A DNA stretch of 64,000 bases from positions 1 through 64,000 of the IMG/VR virus record IMGVR_UViG_3300023184_006193, one strand, 5' to 3'. The translations under genes were made by a program, and so were the position numbers. Below, one piece after another: positions 1 through 9,712 of this stretch; within the stretch, counting starts at the first letter, position 1; the number at the start of each line of letters is the position of its first letter. This stretch comes from a virus. A model generated the notes under the pieces. That model ran no database searches. It was not told where the DNA came from and was given only the letters and a program-made list of their open reading frames with translations.

Positions 1-973
1 TTTTGCCAGCTCTAATTTAACAAATATTAATCTTCCATCTACTATAACTAGTGATAATTCATTATCTGGCTTACAAGTGAATAGTATTCAAAATATTAAT
101 GTAGATTCAAATAATACTGTAATTAAAAGTATAAGTGGGGTTGTTTTTTCAAAAAATGGAAATCAATTAAAATTATTTCCTGCTGGAAGAACAGGTTATT
201 ATAATATGCCCTACGGTGTTACAAATATAGGAAATCGTGCATTTTTTATTACTAGAATAGTGGGGATAGATATTCCACAAACTGTTCAAAAAATTGGCAA
301 CGATGCATTCTTTATTTCTCAATTAGAAAGCGTATCAATTCCTAATAGTATAATTGAAATTGGTGCTAACGCGTTCGGTACGTCCACCAGTCTTAAGAGC
401 GTAACTATTCCAGATGTTATCACGACTGGATTTAAAGATTATATATTTAATAATTGCTATAATTTAGCTGAAGTTACTCTATCAAATAAAATGACCGAAA
501 TTCCCGTTGGAATGTTTTTTGCTTGTACTGGATTACAACAAATTGTTTTACCACCAAAACTAGAAATTATAAGGAGTAACGCTTTCTTTAACTCAATTAT
601 TAAAAATTTTATTATTCCTCCTACTGTTAAATACATAGAAAATACTGCATTTGGAGCTAGCTTTACGAATCTAAATAGTGTCGATTTCTATTTTGTTGGA
701 AAAGATTTTCCAAACCTTCAAACTAGATATTGTTTTGAGTATTCGATCTCGCCCCAGCCAATTTTCGTAACATTTTATATATATTCTTCAATTATAAATT
801 TTCCAACAGATCTTGAATTTTATCTTCCTTCAGTTAAGAAAGTATTATTTATAGATACGCCTACTATTAAGGGATTAGAAACTTTTGGATTTCCATTTTA
901 TAATAGTCCAGGAAAAGTTTCAATTAAAAAAGAAAATAGCGGTTCTGGTAAAATAAGTTTAAATAAAAATTAA
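1..973 (+). CDS. BspA-type (LRR_5) leucine-rich repeat protein, 5'-truncated by the window
   Basis: Repeats such as IDIPQTVQKIGNDAF, VSIPNSIIEIGANAF, IVLPPKLEIIRSNAF; the frame is open from base 2 (FASSNLTNINLPSTITS...), so the gene starts upstream of the window. Confidence 0.8.
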   Translation, partial: FASSNLTNINLPSTITSDNSLSGLQVNSIQNINVDSNNTVIKSISGVVFSKNGNQLKLFPAGRTGYYNMPYGVTNIGNRAFFITRIVGIDIPQTVQKIGNDAFFISQLESVSIPNSIIEIGANAFGTSTSLKSVTIPDVITTGFKDYIFNNCYNLAEVTLSNKMTEIPVGMFFACTGLQQIVLPPKLEIIRSNAFFNSIIKNFIIPPTVKYIENTAFGASFTNLNSVDFYFVGKDFPNLQTRYCFEYSISPQPIFVTFYIYSSIINFPTDLEFYLPSVKKVLFIDTPTIKGLETFGFPFYNSPGKVSIKKENSGSGKISLNKN

Positions 974-979
974 TAAATT

Positions 980-1606
980 ATGCTATCAAAAAAATCATTA
1001 GATCTAATCTTAGAATTTGAAGTTGGTGGTGGAGAAAACTACTATAATAAATTTTTAAAAAATCCAACATGGCCAGGAGAGCAAAGCGGAGTTACAATTG
1101 GCGTTGGTTATGATCTTGGATACGTTAATAAAACTGAATTTAGTGAAGACTGGAAAGACCTTCCTAAAGAAATTTTTGATAGATTGTATAAAGTTGTTGG
1201 AATAAAAGGTATCGCAGCAAAAAATCTTGTTAGAGGATTAAAAGATATAACTATTCCTTGGGATATATCATTAAAAGTTTTTAATAATAAAACAGTAACA
1301 AAATTTTATAATTTAACAAAAGAAACTTTTCCTAATTTTGATAATCTTCCAGAAGATGCAAAAGGTGGATTAGTTAGCCTCGTATTTAATAGAGGTAACA
1401 GTTTAGAAGGTGATCGTCGCCGCGAAATGAAGTTAATTAGAGATGGAATGAAATTAGTATCTACTTATGATCAAAAAGCATTAACCTTTATAGCTAATCA
1501 AATAAGAAATATGAAAAGAATATGGATTGGCGGAAGTATAGAAAAGGGTATGAGCAGAAGACGAGATGCAGAAGCTAAATTAATTGAAGATTCATTAAAA
1601 GTGTAA
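980..1606 (+). CDS. Endolysin, lysozyme-fold (pesticin/GH24-like muramidase)
   Basis: LILEFEVG (catalytic Glu position), WPGxxSGVTIGxGYDLG, LVSLVFNRG, C-terminal RRxAEA. Confidence 0.75.
   Translation: MLSKKSLDLILEFEVGGGENYYNKFLKNPTWPGEQSGVTIGVGYDLGYVNKTEFSEDWKDLPKEIFDRLYKVVGIKGIAAKNLVRGLKDITIPWDISLKVFNNKTVTKFYNLTKETFPNFDNLPEDAKGGLVSLVFNRGNSLEGDRRREMKLIRDGMKLVSTYDQKALTFIANQIRNMKRIWIGGSIEKGMSRRRDAEAKLIEDSLKV
1601..1606 (+). promoter_or_regulatory. GTGTAA candidate late-promoter element (overlaps the lysin stop)
   Basis: GTGTAA, 8 nt, then the GTG start at 1615; same geometry as at 9699, 13741 and 34895. Confidence 0.55.
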
Positions 1607-1614
1607 TAGTTATT

Positions 1615-1764
1615 GTGAAAAAACTATTACTTGTTTTGCCATTATTTTTATTAATATCTTGTTCTGAGCAAAATTTAGATAGCAGAGAGTTACCAACTAA
1701 ATATCCAGAAACACCAACAATGGGTTCTGCTGATGATATTACCAAAGAATTATATAAAAAATAA
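1615..1764 (+). CDS. Small lipoprotein (49 aa), o-spanin-like; not in the ORF track
   Basis: Translated by hand: MKKLLLVLPLFLLIS|CSEQNLDSRELPTKYPETPTMGSADDITKELYKK; basic N-terminus, hydrophobic core, lipobox Cys16, Pro-rich mature part; directly after the endolysin. Confidence 0.7.
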   Translation: MKKLLLVLPLFLLISCSEQNLDSRELPTKYPETPTMGSADDITKELYKK

Positions 1765-1811
1765 TTAAAATTAATTAAAATATATATCTTTCAGTGTATA
1801 TTATATAGATT

Positions 1812-2318
1812 ATGAATTATAATTCTGAACAATACGGCTTTGATTTAATTAAAGCCAAAAAGACTTATAGACCAAAAATTCGTAAAAATAAAAATTCAGA
1901 AAAATCCTTAATATTTTCTAAAAAAATTGTAGCAGCTTTAGAAGATAAAGCTAAAACTCATAATGAACAATTTAATAAAAAAGTCACATTAGTTGAACTT
2001 AAGAAAGCTTATAAATCTGGTTTCAATAGTTCTAACGATTTAAATAAAGAAACATTAGCTCACGTTAATTTATTCCTTAGAGCAGCTCAAGAAAATATAG
2101 TTAATTTTTTAAGTCATTTTAAAGCTGGAAATTTTGAAGTAGTAGGGAATGAATTTACTATCAGAGGAAGTTTATCTCCTCAAGAAATTGATTATAAACA
2201 AGCAGAAGAAGATATCAAAAATTATGGTTTAGAAGGTTTTGATTTTAAGAATGAAGACGAATTATATCTAGAAGATGAAGAAGATCGTGTAATTATATCT
2301 GATCTAAATAATATATAA
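1812..2318 (+). CDS. Hypothetical protein preceding the head protease
   Basis: 168-aa ORF; GTGTAT variant motif at 1794-1799 upstream. Confidence 0.6.
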   Translation: MNYNSEQYGFDLIKAKKTYRPKIRKNKNSEKSLIFSKKIVAALEDKAKTHNEQFNKKVTLVELKKAYKSGFNSSNDLNKETLAHVNLFLRAAQENIVNFLSHFKAGNFEVVGNEFTIRGSLSPQEIDYKQAEEDIKNYGLEGFDFKNEDELYLEDEEDRVIISDLNNI

Positions 2319-2322
2319 AATT

Positions 2323-3864
2323 ATGGAAAATAAATTTAAATTCAATACAATCTTTGCTAATCTTCAATTGAAGCCAATAGTTAGTGAAGATAAAGACAAA
2401 TATTTATCAGTAGCATCCTTAAGTGCTTTGAGAAAATTTTTACCACAAATTGATTCAGAGAAGAATATAGACCTTCTTCCAGTAGCTTTTGATGCTTGCG
2501 TAGTAAATAGAGTCAACAAAAATGGCGACGTAATTAATGCTGAAACTGCTTATGAAGTTGCTAAATATTTTGTTAATAAACCAATTAATATTGAACATGA
2601 CAGGACAAAAGTAGTTGGTTGTATATTAAATGCTAATTTTAGTAAATTTGGCTCAAACGAATCTCTTGCAGAATTAGATATTAAAGATATGAAAGAACCA
2701 TTTAATATTACTCTAGGTGGTGTTATCTGGAAGGTAGTTAATCAAAATCTAGCTAATCTGATAGAAGAGAGTAACGATCCAACTAGTGAAAATTATATGG
2801 GTATATCAGCCTCTTGGGAGCTTGGTTTTAATGATTATAATTTAGTACTTTTAAAGAATAAAGAGAAAAATTTAGAAAATGGTAAAATTATCTCTTCTGA
2901 ACAAGAAAAAGCTAAATTATCTTCTAATCTAAAAGCTTTAGGTGGTTCTGGAAGAGTTAATGAAAATACTTATATTTATAGAGAGGTAACTGGTGAAGTT
3001 GTACCCCTTGGTATAGGCTTAACAATAAATCCAGCTGCAGATGTCGAAGGAGTAGCTGTTAAGCAAGAAAATAATGATGAAATGTTAGAAATTGAACAAA
3101 ATCAATCAGATATTCAAATATCCGAAGAGGTTATTGATCAAAATAATATTTCACATTCAGATGAAAATAATGTAAAGGATATTAAGATAATAGAGAGAAT
3201 TATTATGAAAATAGAAAATATTAACCAAATAACCGATGATCTTCTTAAAGAAGTTAAGGCTTCGTCCATAACTGATTTTATTAATGAAGAAATCAAAAAA
3301 GCTAGCGAAACTTTCGTTGCTGAAAAAACAGAAAAAGAAAATCTTCTAAAAGAAGTTGAAGCAAAAAATGCTTCACTCGCAGAAGAGAGCGAAAAGTTAA
3401 AAACTGAAATAGCTAACATCAAAGCTAATTTAGAAAAGCTAGAACAAGAAAAAGTTGCAAAACTTAAAGAAGAAGCATTTAATGTTCGCATGGCTTCTTT
3501 TGACGAAGAATTCGAATTAAGCGATGAAGATCGTCAAGTTTTAGCTACAGATATTAAAGATTTAGAAGAAGAAGCCTTTGCTGCCTATAAAAAGAAAATG
3601 GCAGTTCTCATGAAAGAGAAAAACAAATCTACTAAAAAAGCCAAAGAAGACGAAATGAAAAAGAATATGGCTTCTGTAGTAGAGGAAGTTAAAGCTTCAA
3701 CCGATTTGGAAAAATCTACAACCGAAGTTGTAGATGAGGTAATAGACAATTCCAAACTTGAAAAAAGTTCATTACCAAACTCTTCGACAGCTAATGAAGC
3801 TACTGTAAAAGAAAAATACAGTAGAGCATTTAGTTTTGAAGAAGGATTTATACTAAATAAATAA
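2323..3864 (+). CDS. Prohead protease-scaffold fusion
   Basis: N-half NKNGD...KPINIEH...ASWE typical of phage prohead proteases; C-half acidic/Lys coiled coil; sits upstream of the capsid genes. Confidence 0.75.
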   Translation: MENKFKFNTIFANLQLKPIVSEDKDKYLSVASLSALRKFLPQIDSEKNIDLLPVAFDACVVNRVNKNGDVINAETAYEVAKYFVNKPINIEHDRTKVVGCILNANFSKFGSNESLAELDIKDMKEPFNITLGGVIWKVVNQNLANLIEESNDPTSENYMGISASWELGFNDYNLVLLKNKEKNLENGKIISSEQEKAKLSSNLKALGGSGRVNENTYIYREVTGEVVPLGIGLTINPAADVEGVAVKQENNDEMLEIEQNQSDIQISEEVIDQNNISHSDENNVKDIKIIERIIMKIENINQITDDLLKEVKASSITDFINEEIKKASETFVAEKTEKENLLKEVEAKNASLAEESEKLKTEIANIKANLEKLEQEKVAKLKEEAFNVRMASFDEEFELSDEDRQVLATDIKDLEEEAFAAYKKKMAVLMKEKNKSTKKAKEDEMKKNMASVVEEVKASTDLEKSTTEVVDEVIDNSKLEKSSLPNSSTANEATVKEKYSRAFSFEEGFILNK

Positions 3865-3876
3865 GGAGATAAAAAT

Positions 3877-4449
3877 ATGGCATTTAATCTAAGACCATTC
3901 AGAGATTATAGTGAGCATGATGTTGTCAACGTTTTCACTTTCAGTGGTGCATCTGAAAGTTCTGCCGTTGTACTAACAAAGGGCGCTGTAGTCGCAGTAG
4001 AAGGAGCAGGTTTTCAACCACTCTCTACTGGAAATCTAGGAACACCAATTGAATCTTTAGGTTCAGTCGGCGCTTCCTATAACAACACCGTATCAGATCG
4101 TTATGGTTCAGTTGCTAAAGTACGTTTGGCCAATTCTGGTGATCAACCACTTGGCTTAACTCTTATGGACATCCGTGAACTAGATGAAAACGGTGAAAAA
4201 TTAGCTTTCAATCCTCGTAAAGCTGCAGAAATGAATGTTGTAATCAGTGGACAATCTGTACCAGTACTTTCTCGTGGAGTAGTATTGTATAGTGGTGTTA
4301 ACGCTACAGCAGGTCATGTCGCTTATTTGGCTAATGGTGCTGCTGGCAATATAACTGCTAGTGCTACATTACCAGCAGGTGCAACCAAAATTGGCGTATT
4401 CCTCGGAACAGCCATCAATGGTATTGCTCCTCTAAAAATTCAGCTCTAA
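3877..4449 (+). CDS. Capsid decoration/cement protein
   Basis: Small Gly/Ala-rich beta protein between scaffold and major capsid; strong AAGGAG RBS. Confidence 0.6.
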   Translation: MAFNLRPFRDYSEHDVVNVFTFSGASESSAVVLTKGAVVAVEGAGFQPLSTGNLGTPIESLGSVGASYNNTVSDRYGSVAKVRLANSGDQPLGLTLMDIRELDENGEKLAFNPRKAAEMNVVISGQSVPVLSRGVVLYSGVNATAGHVAYLANGAAGNITASATLPAGATKIGVFLGTAINGIAPLKIQL

Positions 4450-4471
4450 TTCTAAAGGAGAAATTTAAAAA

Positions 4472-5578
4472 ATGAAAATCAAACTAAAAAATACCCCAGA
4501 GCAAGTAGAGCTTATCAAAGCTATTGGCAGTAAAGATGCCACAGTAGCTAGAGAAGCTGGCGAAGCTTTTGCCGCTTTCATCGGACCAGTCGTAAGTAAG
4601 GTTCTAATGCAAGCAGGAACAGCTAGCGCAATTTATACTGACGCACCATATGATGAAGATGACTCCCCAAGTCTACCTTTAGATCTATATTATAACGAAG
4701 GCACAGACTACGTTACAGTATGGAGTCAAAATGTAGCTGGTGGTCTACCAACTTCAACAGTTGAAGGCTTCAGTGAACTAAAAGTTTCTACATATCGCCT
4801 AGATACAGCAGTTAGCTTCTTAAAACGCTATGCTCGTCGTGGTCGCATTGATGTAGTTGGAAAAGCAGTAGAGCGCATGAGCAATGAAGTTCTTGTAAAA
4901 CAAGAGCGCAATGCTTGGGCAGTCGTTCTAAAAGCTCTAGCAGAAGCTAGAAGTGCTGGCGCAGTAAGCGCTGGATCAGTTAATCCAGAAGTAACAGGTG
5001 GCCATGTTATTCCAAGTACCTCAGTTGGAACATTCCAATTGGGAGATTTGAATAATCTAATGACCCTAATGAAAAGAATTAATACTTCTTATGCTGGTGG
5101 AACAACTGTTGATACTTATGGACTAACCGATCTATTCGTAAGTCCAGAAGTAAAAGCTGATATTCGTGCTTTCGCATATGCACCAATCATCAATAGTAGC
5201 ACAGCCACAAACTTACCAGATGGAGTTCGTGAAGAAATCTATCGTAACGCTGGAGTTCAAGAAATTTATGGAGTCACAATCCATGAGCTAGTTGAACTTG
5301 GAGTTTACGGTAAATATAACGCTCTCTATCAAGCTCTTAGAGGCTCTCAAACATCAATCGCTGATAATTCAGAGATTTCTATCGGTCTCGACCTCAGTCG
5401 CGAAGGATTTATTCGCCCTGTTGCTCGTCAAGCCGAGAGTGGTGGAACATTCAATGTTCTTCCAGATGATCAATTCGCAACTCGCTCCGAGAAAACTGGA
5501 TTCTACGGATTCCTAGAAGAAGGACGCGTTTGTATTGATGCTCGTACCATCGTTGGTCTAAGAGTTAAGGGTGTTTAA
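4472..5578 (+). CDS. Major capsid protein (HK97-fold)
   Basis: 368 aa, AAGGAG RBS, codon usage suggesting high expression, followed by a strong terminator; canonical position after protease and decoration genes. Confidence 0.8.
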   Translation: MKIKLKNTPEQVELIKAIGSKDATVAREAGEAFAAFIGPVVSKVLMQAGTASAIYTDAPYDEDDSPSLPLDLYYNEGTDYVTVWSQNVAGGLPTSTVEGFSELKVSTYRLDTAVSFLKRYARRGRIDVVGKAVERMSNEVLVKQERNAWAVVLKALAEARSAGAVSAGSVNPEVTGGHVIPSTSVGTFQLGDLNNLMTLMKRINTSYAGGTTVDTYGLTDLFVSPEVKADIRAFAYAPIINSSTATNLPDGVREEIYRNAGVQEIYGVTIHELVELGVYGKYNALYQALRGSQTSIADNSEISIGLDLSREGFIRPVARQAESGGTFNVLPDDQFATRSEKTGFYGFLEEGRVCIDARTIVGLRVKGV

Positions 5579-5608
5579 TTAACTTAAGCAAGACTTAAAC
5601 TTATTAAG

Positions 5609-5645
5609 AAACCCCTAGGAGAAATCCTAGGGGTTTTTTATTTTT
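5609..5645 (+). terminator. Rho-independent terminator after the major capsid gene
   Basis: AAACCCCTAGGA-GAAA-TCCTAGGGGTTT perfect 12-bp stem, GNRA loop, U-tract. Confidence 0.92.
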
Positions 5646-5670
5646 ATTTGTTCCCCCATTTTTAGTTTTC

Positions 5671-5676
5671 GTGTAA
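5671..5676 (+). promoter_or_regulatory. GTGTAA candidate late-promoter element
   Basis: Just downstream of the terminator and upstream of the RBS of ORF 5704. Confidence 0.6.
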
Positions 5677-5703
5677 CCCCTTGTAAGGTAAAAGGAGAAA
5701 AAT

Positions 5704-6051
5704 ATGAAGAAAAAGGTAAAAAATATAGGTGAATTGTCTCAAACTCACGGAAAAACAGAAGAAAAAGAATATAGAACACTAGATCAAATTTGGGGAGATG
5801 ATGGAATCCGCAAATATAAGACTCTAGATGAATCTGAGTATCTTCTTTCATTAAAAGAAATGAATAAGAGCGATTTACAAGCTCACGCTAGTAAGTTTGG
5901 ATTAATTCCAGTAGACGACAGAGAAACTCTTATTAAAAGACTAGTTAAAGAATTTAAAAAACATACTTCTTTATACAACGTACCAAAACAAAAAATTAAT
6001 TATGTTAAATTAGATAAAACTGCTAAAGATGTTTTATCTGAAGGTCGTTAA
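5704..6051 (+). CDS. Hypothetical basic protein with a helix-extension-helix-like segment
   Basis: LKEMNKSDLQAHASKFGL...RETLIKRL resembles Rho-N/SAP motifs; AAGGAG RBS. Confidence 0.5.
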   Translation: MKKKVKNIGELSQTHGKTEEKEYRTLDQIWGDDGIRKYKTLDESEYLLSLKEMNKSDLQAHASKFGLIPVDDRETLIKRLVKEFKKHTSLYNVPKQKINYVKLDKTAKDVLSEGR

Positions 6052-6124
6052 AATAATCATTAAGAAATTAATGATTTGTTTTTAGTTTTTTTAAAAAAAA
6101 TTAAAATTTATTTAGTATTTTTAA

Positions 6125-6130
6125 GTGTAA
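6125..6130 (+). promoter_or_regulatory. GTGTAA candidate late-promoter element
   Basis: Intergenic, upstream of the AGGAG RBS of ORF 6166. Confidence 0.6.
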
Positions 6131-6165
6131 ATTACATATAATAAATACTAGGAGAAATTAAGATA

Positions 6166-9100
6166 ATGCCAGCAACACCATCAACAGGACAAGTCACAAC
6201 TGGAACATTTTATTTGCAATTAAAAACTGGCATTGGTTTTGCTGAATTAAAAGTAGATGATAGTGGATACTACTCTCAAATAACAAGAGCGTACAGAGAA
6301 AATGCAGCTAATTTTTATCCATATTACCGCGATCAAGGAAGACCAGCTCCTGCTTATTTAACTTCTGGAAATTATAAATATTTAATAGAAAAAAACCGTA
6401 GTACATACACGCTTGATGATCAAGATGGAGGTGGACCAGTTTCTCAAGGTGGAAATGGTGGAATTTTCCCTTATAGTTATGTTTCAGTTAATCTAGGATC
6501 AGACGAAGTTTATATTGGAAAAGGTGCATGTAATACAACAGGAACTTATAGTCCAAGTTCTAATACTTATTATACAGTCGATACAAGAGCAGCTATAGGT
6601 TATGATGATAGAAATAATTTTACTGTAAATGCAACTAGTGGTGGCAAAGACAACTATGGTCATTTTAGTAAAAATATCATAGATAAAAATTCACTTGATG
6701 AAAATAATAACTCTATACTTGGAGGAAATTGTAATTGCATAAGAAATAATGTTATGTCTGTAATCGGTGGCGGTTGTTGTTCTACGATTACATCTTATAA
6801 TAATTATCTTAGTATTAAAAGTAGCAATACTATTGCAGGAGGATATAGAAATAACATTTGCGCAAATAGCTTCAATACTATAGCTGGTGGAACTTGTAAT
6901 TGCATAGGAGGATCGAATAATGCATGTAATACCATTGGTGGTGGATCATATAATGATATATGCGATAATACTTGGGAGAGTGTTATTGCTGGTGGAGTAA
7001 ACAATACAATTGAAAATTCCACACGAGCATTTATTGGCGGTGGCGTAACTAATGCCATAATTTGTAATGCTGGTGGTTCAGTAATTGGTGGTGGTTCTAA
7101 TAATAGCGTTTGTCTTTTTAGTTCTGTTCTTGGCGGAGGTGAGAATAATACCATTACATGTTATCCAAATAGTATTCACGGAGATAGTTTTCTTGGAGCA
7201 GGAAAACTTAATACCGTAAGCGCCACTATGTCTTTTTTTGGTGCAGGATCATTAAATAAAGTTGGAGATTGTGGTGCTGGAGATGAAGCTTATTCTTCTT
7301 TGATGGTATTAGGTGGTGGTTGCTGTAATTTCCTTTTAGGAAATGGCCCTAGTATGATAGGAGGATTTGGTAATGAAGCCGTAGGCAATAGAATAGTAGT
7401 TGGAGGTGGATACAAAAATAAAATTGGTCATACTACAATAGATTATTGGAGTAATGCTTCGTGTTATGCTGCATTAATGAATAGAGACCAACTCCCAGAT
7501 GCAGCAGTAATTGGTGGTGGACAATTTAATTGTATTGTAAATGGTGGTTGTGTTGCATCAATTTTAGGCGGAGCACAAAATAGAATTGTAAGTGGAAATT
7601 ATAGCTCTGTATTAGGTGGTTTTTATAATGAAATACATGGAGCAACAGATTCATTTGTTATTGGAAGTAGAGGTACTATAAGTGGCTGGGATTTCACTGG
7701 AGTTGGCGGAATAAAAAGTGGATACGCTTTTAGAGGAGCAGGTTTAATAACTGATGGTCTTAGTAGAGCATTTAATCCAGAATCATTTGCATTAAATTTA
7801 AACTTTACAAACGGAGTTATATTAACTCCACAAATTAATCTAAGAACTGTAACTTATGGTCCAAATAATTTATTAGAATCAGTAGGAATGGAAACAGGAT
7901 TCGTAGGAAACAGAAGAGGTGTTTATTTTGGATATACTGGCGGAAGACTTGTCGCTGATACAGAGGGTAATTTAAAAAATATTCAAATCGGAGATCTTAA
8001 TCATGTTGTTCCATGGATAGATTATTCTGGTGATGCACCTGGAACAAAAACATTTATAAGAAGATATAATCCTGCGATTACAATTGGAAATTTAAATCAT
8101 GGTGGTTATGAAAATATTTTAATAGGAATTCAAAATGCAGCCTTGTTCCAAAAATTTGAAGATGCAACTGGCATTGTACCAAGTGGTGGATATGTTGGTT
8201 CAGGAGCATTAAGAACAATACCTAACGCACAAGGACAACGCACTCCATGGGGATATCCAAATGATACTTGGCCATATTTCCAAGGAAGAAATGTTTTAGT
8301 TGGACATTTCAATACTTCCACGGGTACAAGAAACGTAATATATGGTATTCAAAATGAAGCATTTGATACATCAAATGATAATATATTAATTGGTAATAGT
8401 AATGCAATCATAAGACAAGGAGTAAGATATTTTACTGGAGTATCTGGAGTTGTTACTGGAATATTAACTCCAACAGGATTTAATGGTTTTAAGAGTTCAA
8501 ATGTTTTAGTAGGTATAGGTCAAGTTGAACAAGGTGGTTTTCATTCTATATTATTAGGTTTAGGAAATCAAGGAACACAATCTTATGGAGCAGTGATTGG
8601 AATAGGTAATACTAACTCTGGTACAAAAAATTATACATTTGGAGGCAATAATACTAATTTAGGTCAATTTAGTACTGTCTTAGGAAATACAAATACAATT
8701 CTTGATATTTCTGGATCAGTAAATAATGTAGTTGGTTATTATAATCTAATTCAAGGTACAGGAACAAATTTTGTATCTACTCTTGGTGATCGTAATTTTA
8801 TAACATCTGCAGTTAAAGGTTTAGTTTTAGGTGGAGAAAATGAATTAGGACCAACAACTTCAACTCTAGCAATTGGATTTAAGAATACAGTTTTTGCATC
8901 AGATTCTAATATAGTTGGTTCAAATAATTTTGTATTTAGTGGCAATAATAATTCTTACAATAATTCAATTATTTTTGGAAATGATAATGTAAGCTCAAAT
9001 ACTGAAGTAGGAATTTTTGGTCATAGTAACTGGGGCACGAGTTATAAATCATATATCTTAGGAAGCTCAAATGTTACAACTAGTGAAGCAAGTATTGCTT

Positions 9101-9666
9101 TAGGATATAAAGCAAAAACTAGAAATTATGGTGAATTAGCATTTGCTGCTGGACCAATAGCTTCAATAAGAGAAGGATCATCTCAAAAAACTCAATTAAT
9201 TTGGAAAGGAATTACAAGTGGAAATTCTCTCGTTCCTCAAGAATTAACATTAGATGGAGTTTATTCTAGTGGAAATTATACTTCTGGAAAAGCATTTTTA
9301 AGATCTGGTCATATTTGGAATGGCATATTAAATGTAGTAGCTTCTGAAACAGGACTAACAAATATTAAAACAGAAACAAGAAATATTACAGCGATAAATA
9401 GAAATAATTCATTAATAGTTGTAAATGATCAAATTACTAATTCTGCTTCATATGGAAGTCCGACATGGGGATTGTCAGTATCTGGCGACAGCACAAATAG
9501 AGCTCTAGCAATTAATGTAACTGGTGCATCTAATAAAATTATCCTATGGAATGTTGTTGGTGAATTTAATCAAATGTTTGTGCCAACTTCTGAAATAGTA
9601 AATAGATACGAATTTATCAATGGAACATTAATAAATAATGTTGTCAAGAGTGGTACTAGTTTATAA
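6166..9666 (+). CDS. Large fibre/adhesin-like virion protein with beta-roll (YadA-head-like) repeats
   Basis: Many ~14-15-aa xxIxGGxxNxI and xxxIGxxN repeats; ASIALGYKAKT YadA-like motif. Confidence 0.65.
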   Translation: MPATPSTGQVTTGTFYLQLKTGIGFAELKVDDSGYYSQITRAYRENAANFYPYYRDQGRPAPAYLTSGNYKYLIEKNRSTYTLDDQDGGGPVSQGGNGGIFPYSYVSVNLGSDEVYIGKGACNTTGTYSPSSNTYYTVDTRAAIGYDDRNNFTVNATSGGKDNYGHFSKNIIDKNSLDENNNSILGGNCNCIRNNVMSVIGGGCCSTITSYNNYLSIKSSNTIAGGYRNNICANSFNTIAGGTCNCIGGSNNACNTIGGGSYNDICDNTWESVIAGGVNNTIENSTRAFIGGGVTNAIICNAGGSVIGGGSNNSVCLFSSVLGGGENNTITCYPNSIHGDSFLGAGKLNTVSATMSFFGAGSLNKVGDCGAGDEAYSSLMVLGGGCCNFLLGNGPSMIGGFGNEAVGNRIVVGGGYKNKIGHTTIDYWSNASCYAALMNRDQLPDAAVIGGGQFNCIVNGGCVASILGGAQNRIVSGNYSSVLGGFYNEIHGATDSFVIGSRGTISGWDFTGVGGIKSGYAFRGAGLITDGLSRAFNPESFALNLNFTNGVILTPQINLRTVTYGPNNLLESVGMETGFVGNRRGVYFGYTGGRLVADTEGNLKNIQIGDLNHVVPWIDYSGDAPGTKTFIRRYNPAITIGNLNHGGYENILIGIQNAALFQKFEDATGIVPSGGYVGSGALRTIPNAQGQRTPWGYPNDTWPYFQGRNVLVGHFNTSTGTRNVIYGIQNEAFDTSNDNILIGNSNAIIRQGVRYFTGVSGVVTGILTPTGFNGFKSSNVLVGIGQVEQGGFHSILLGLGNQGTQSYGAVIGIGNTNSGTKNYTFGGNNTNLGQFSTVLGNTNTILDISGSVNNVVGYYNLIQGTGTNFVSTLGDRNFITSAVKGLVLGGENELGPTTSTLAIGFKNTVFASDSNIVGSNNFVFSGNNNSYNNSIIFGNDNVSSNTEVGIFGHSNWGTSYKSYILGSSNVTTSEASIALGYKAKTRNYGELAFAAGPIASIREGSSQKTQLIWKGITSGNSLVPQELTLDGVYSSGNYTSGKAFLRSGHIWNGILNVVASETGLTNIKTETRNITAINRNNSLIVVNDQITNSASYGSPTWGLSVSGDSTNRALAINVTGASNKIILWNVVGEFNQMFVPTSEIVNRYEFINGTLINNVVKSGTSL

Positions 9667-9698
9667 TTGATTTATTGTAAAATATTATTAAATTAAAT

Positions 9699-9704
9699 GT
9701 GTAA
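9699..9704 (+). promoter_or_regulatory. GTGTAA candidate late-promoter element, likely leaderless mRNA
   Basis: GTGTAA-N8-ATG(9713); no RBS between. Confidence 0.65.
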
Positions 9705-9712
9705 TTTATTAT

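Noticed and set aside
6052-6124. ncRNA or origin in the AT-rich gap (TTTTTTT/AAAAAAAA)
   Set aside because: Only weak A/T-only pairing, no iterons or tRNA-like structure.
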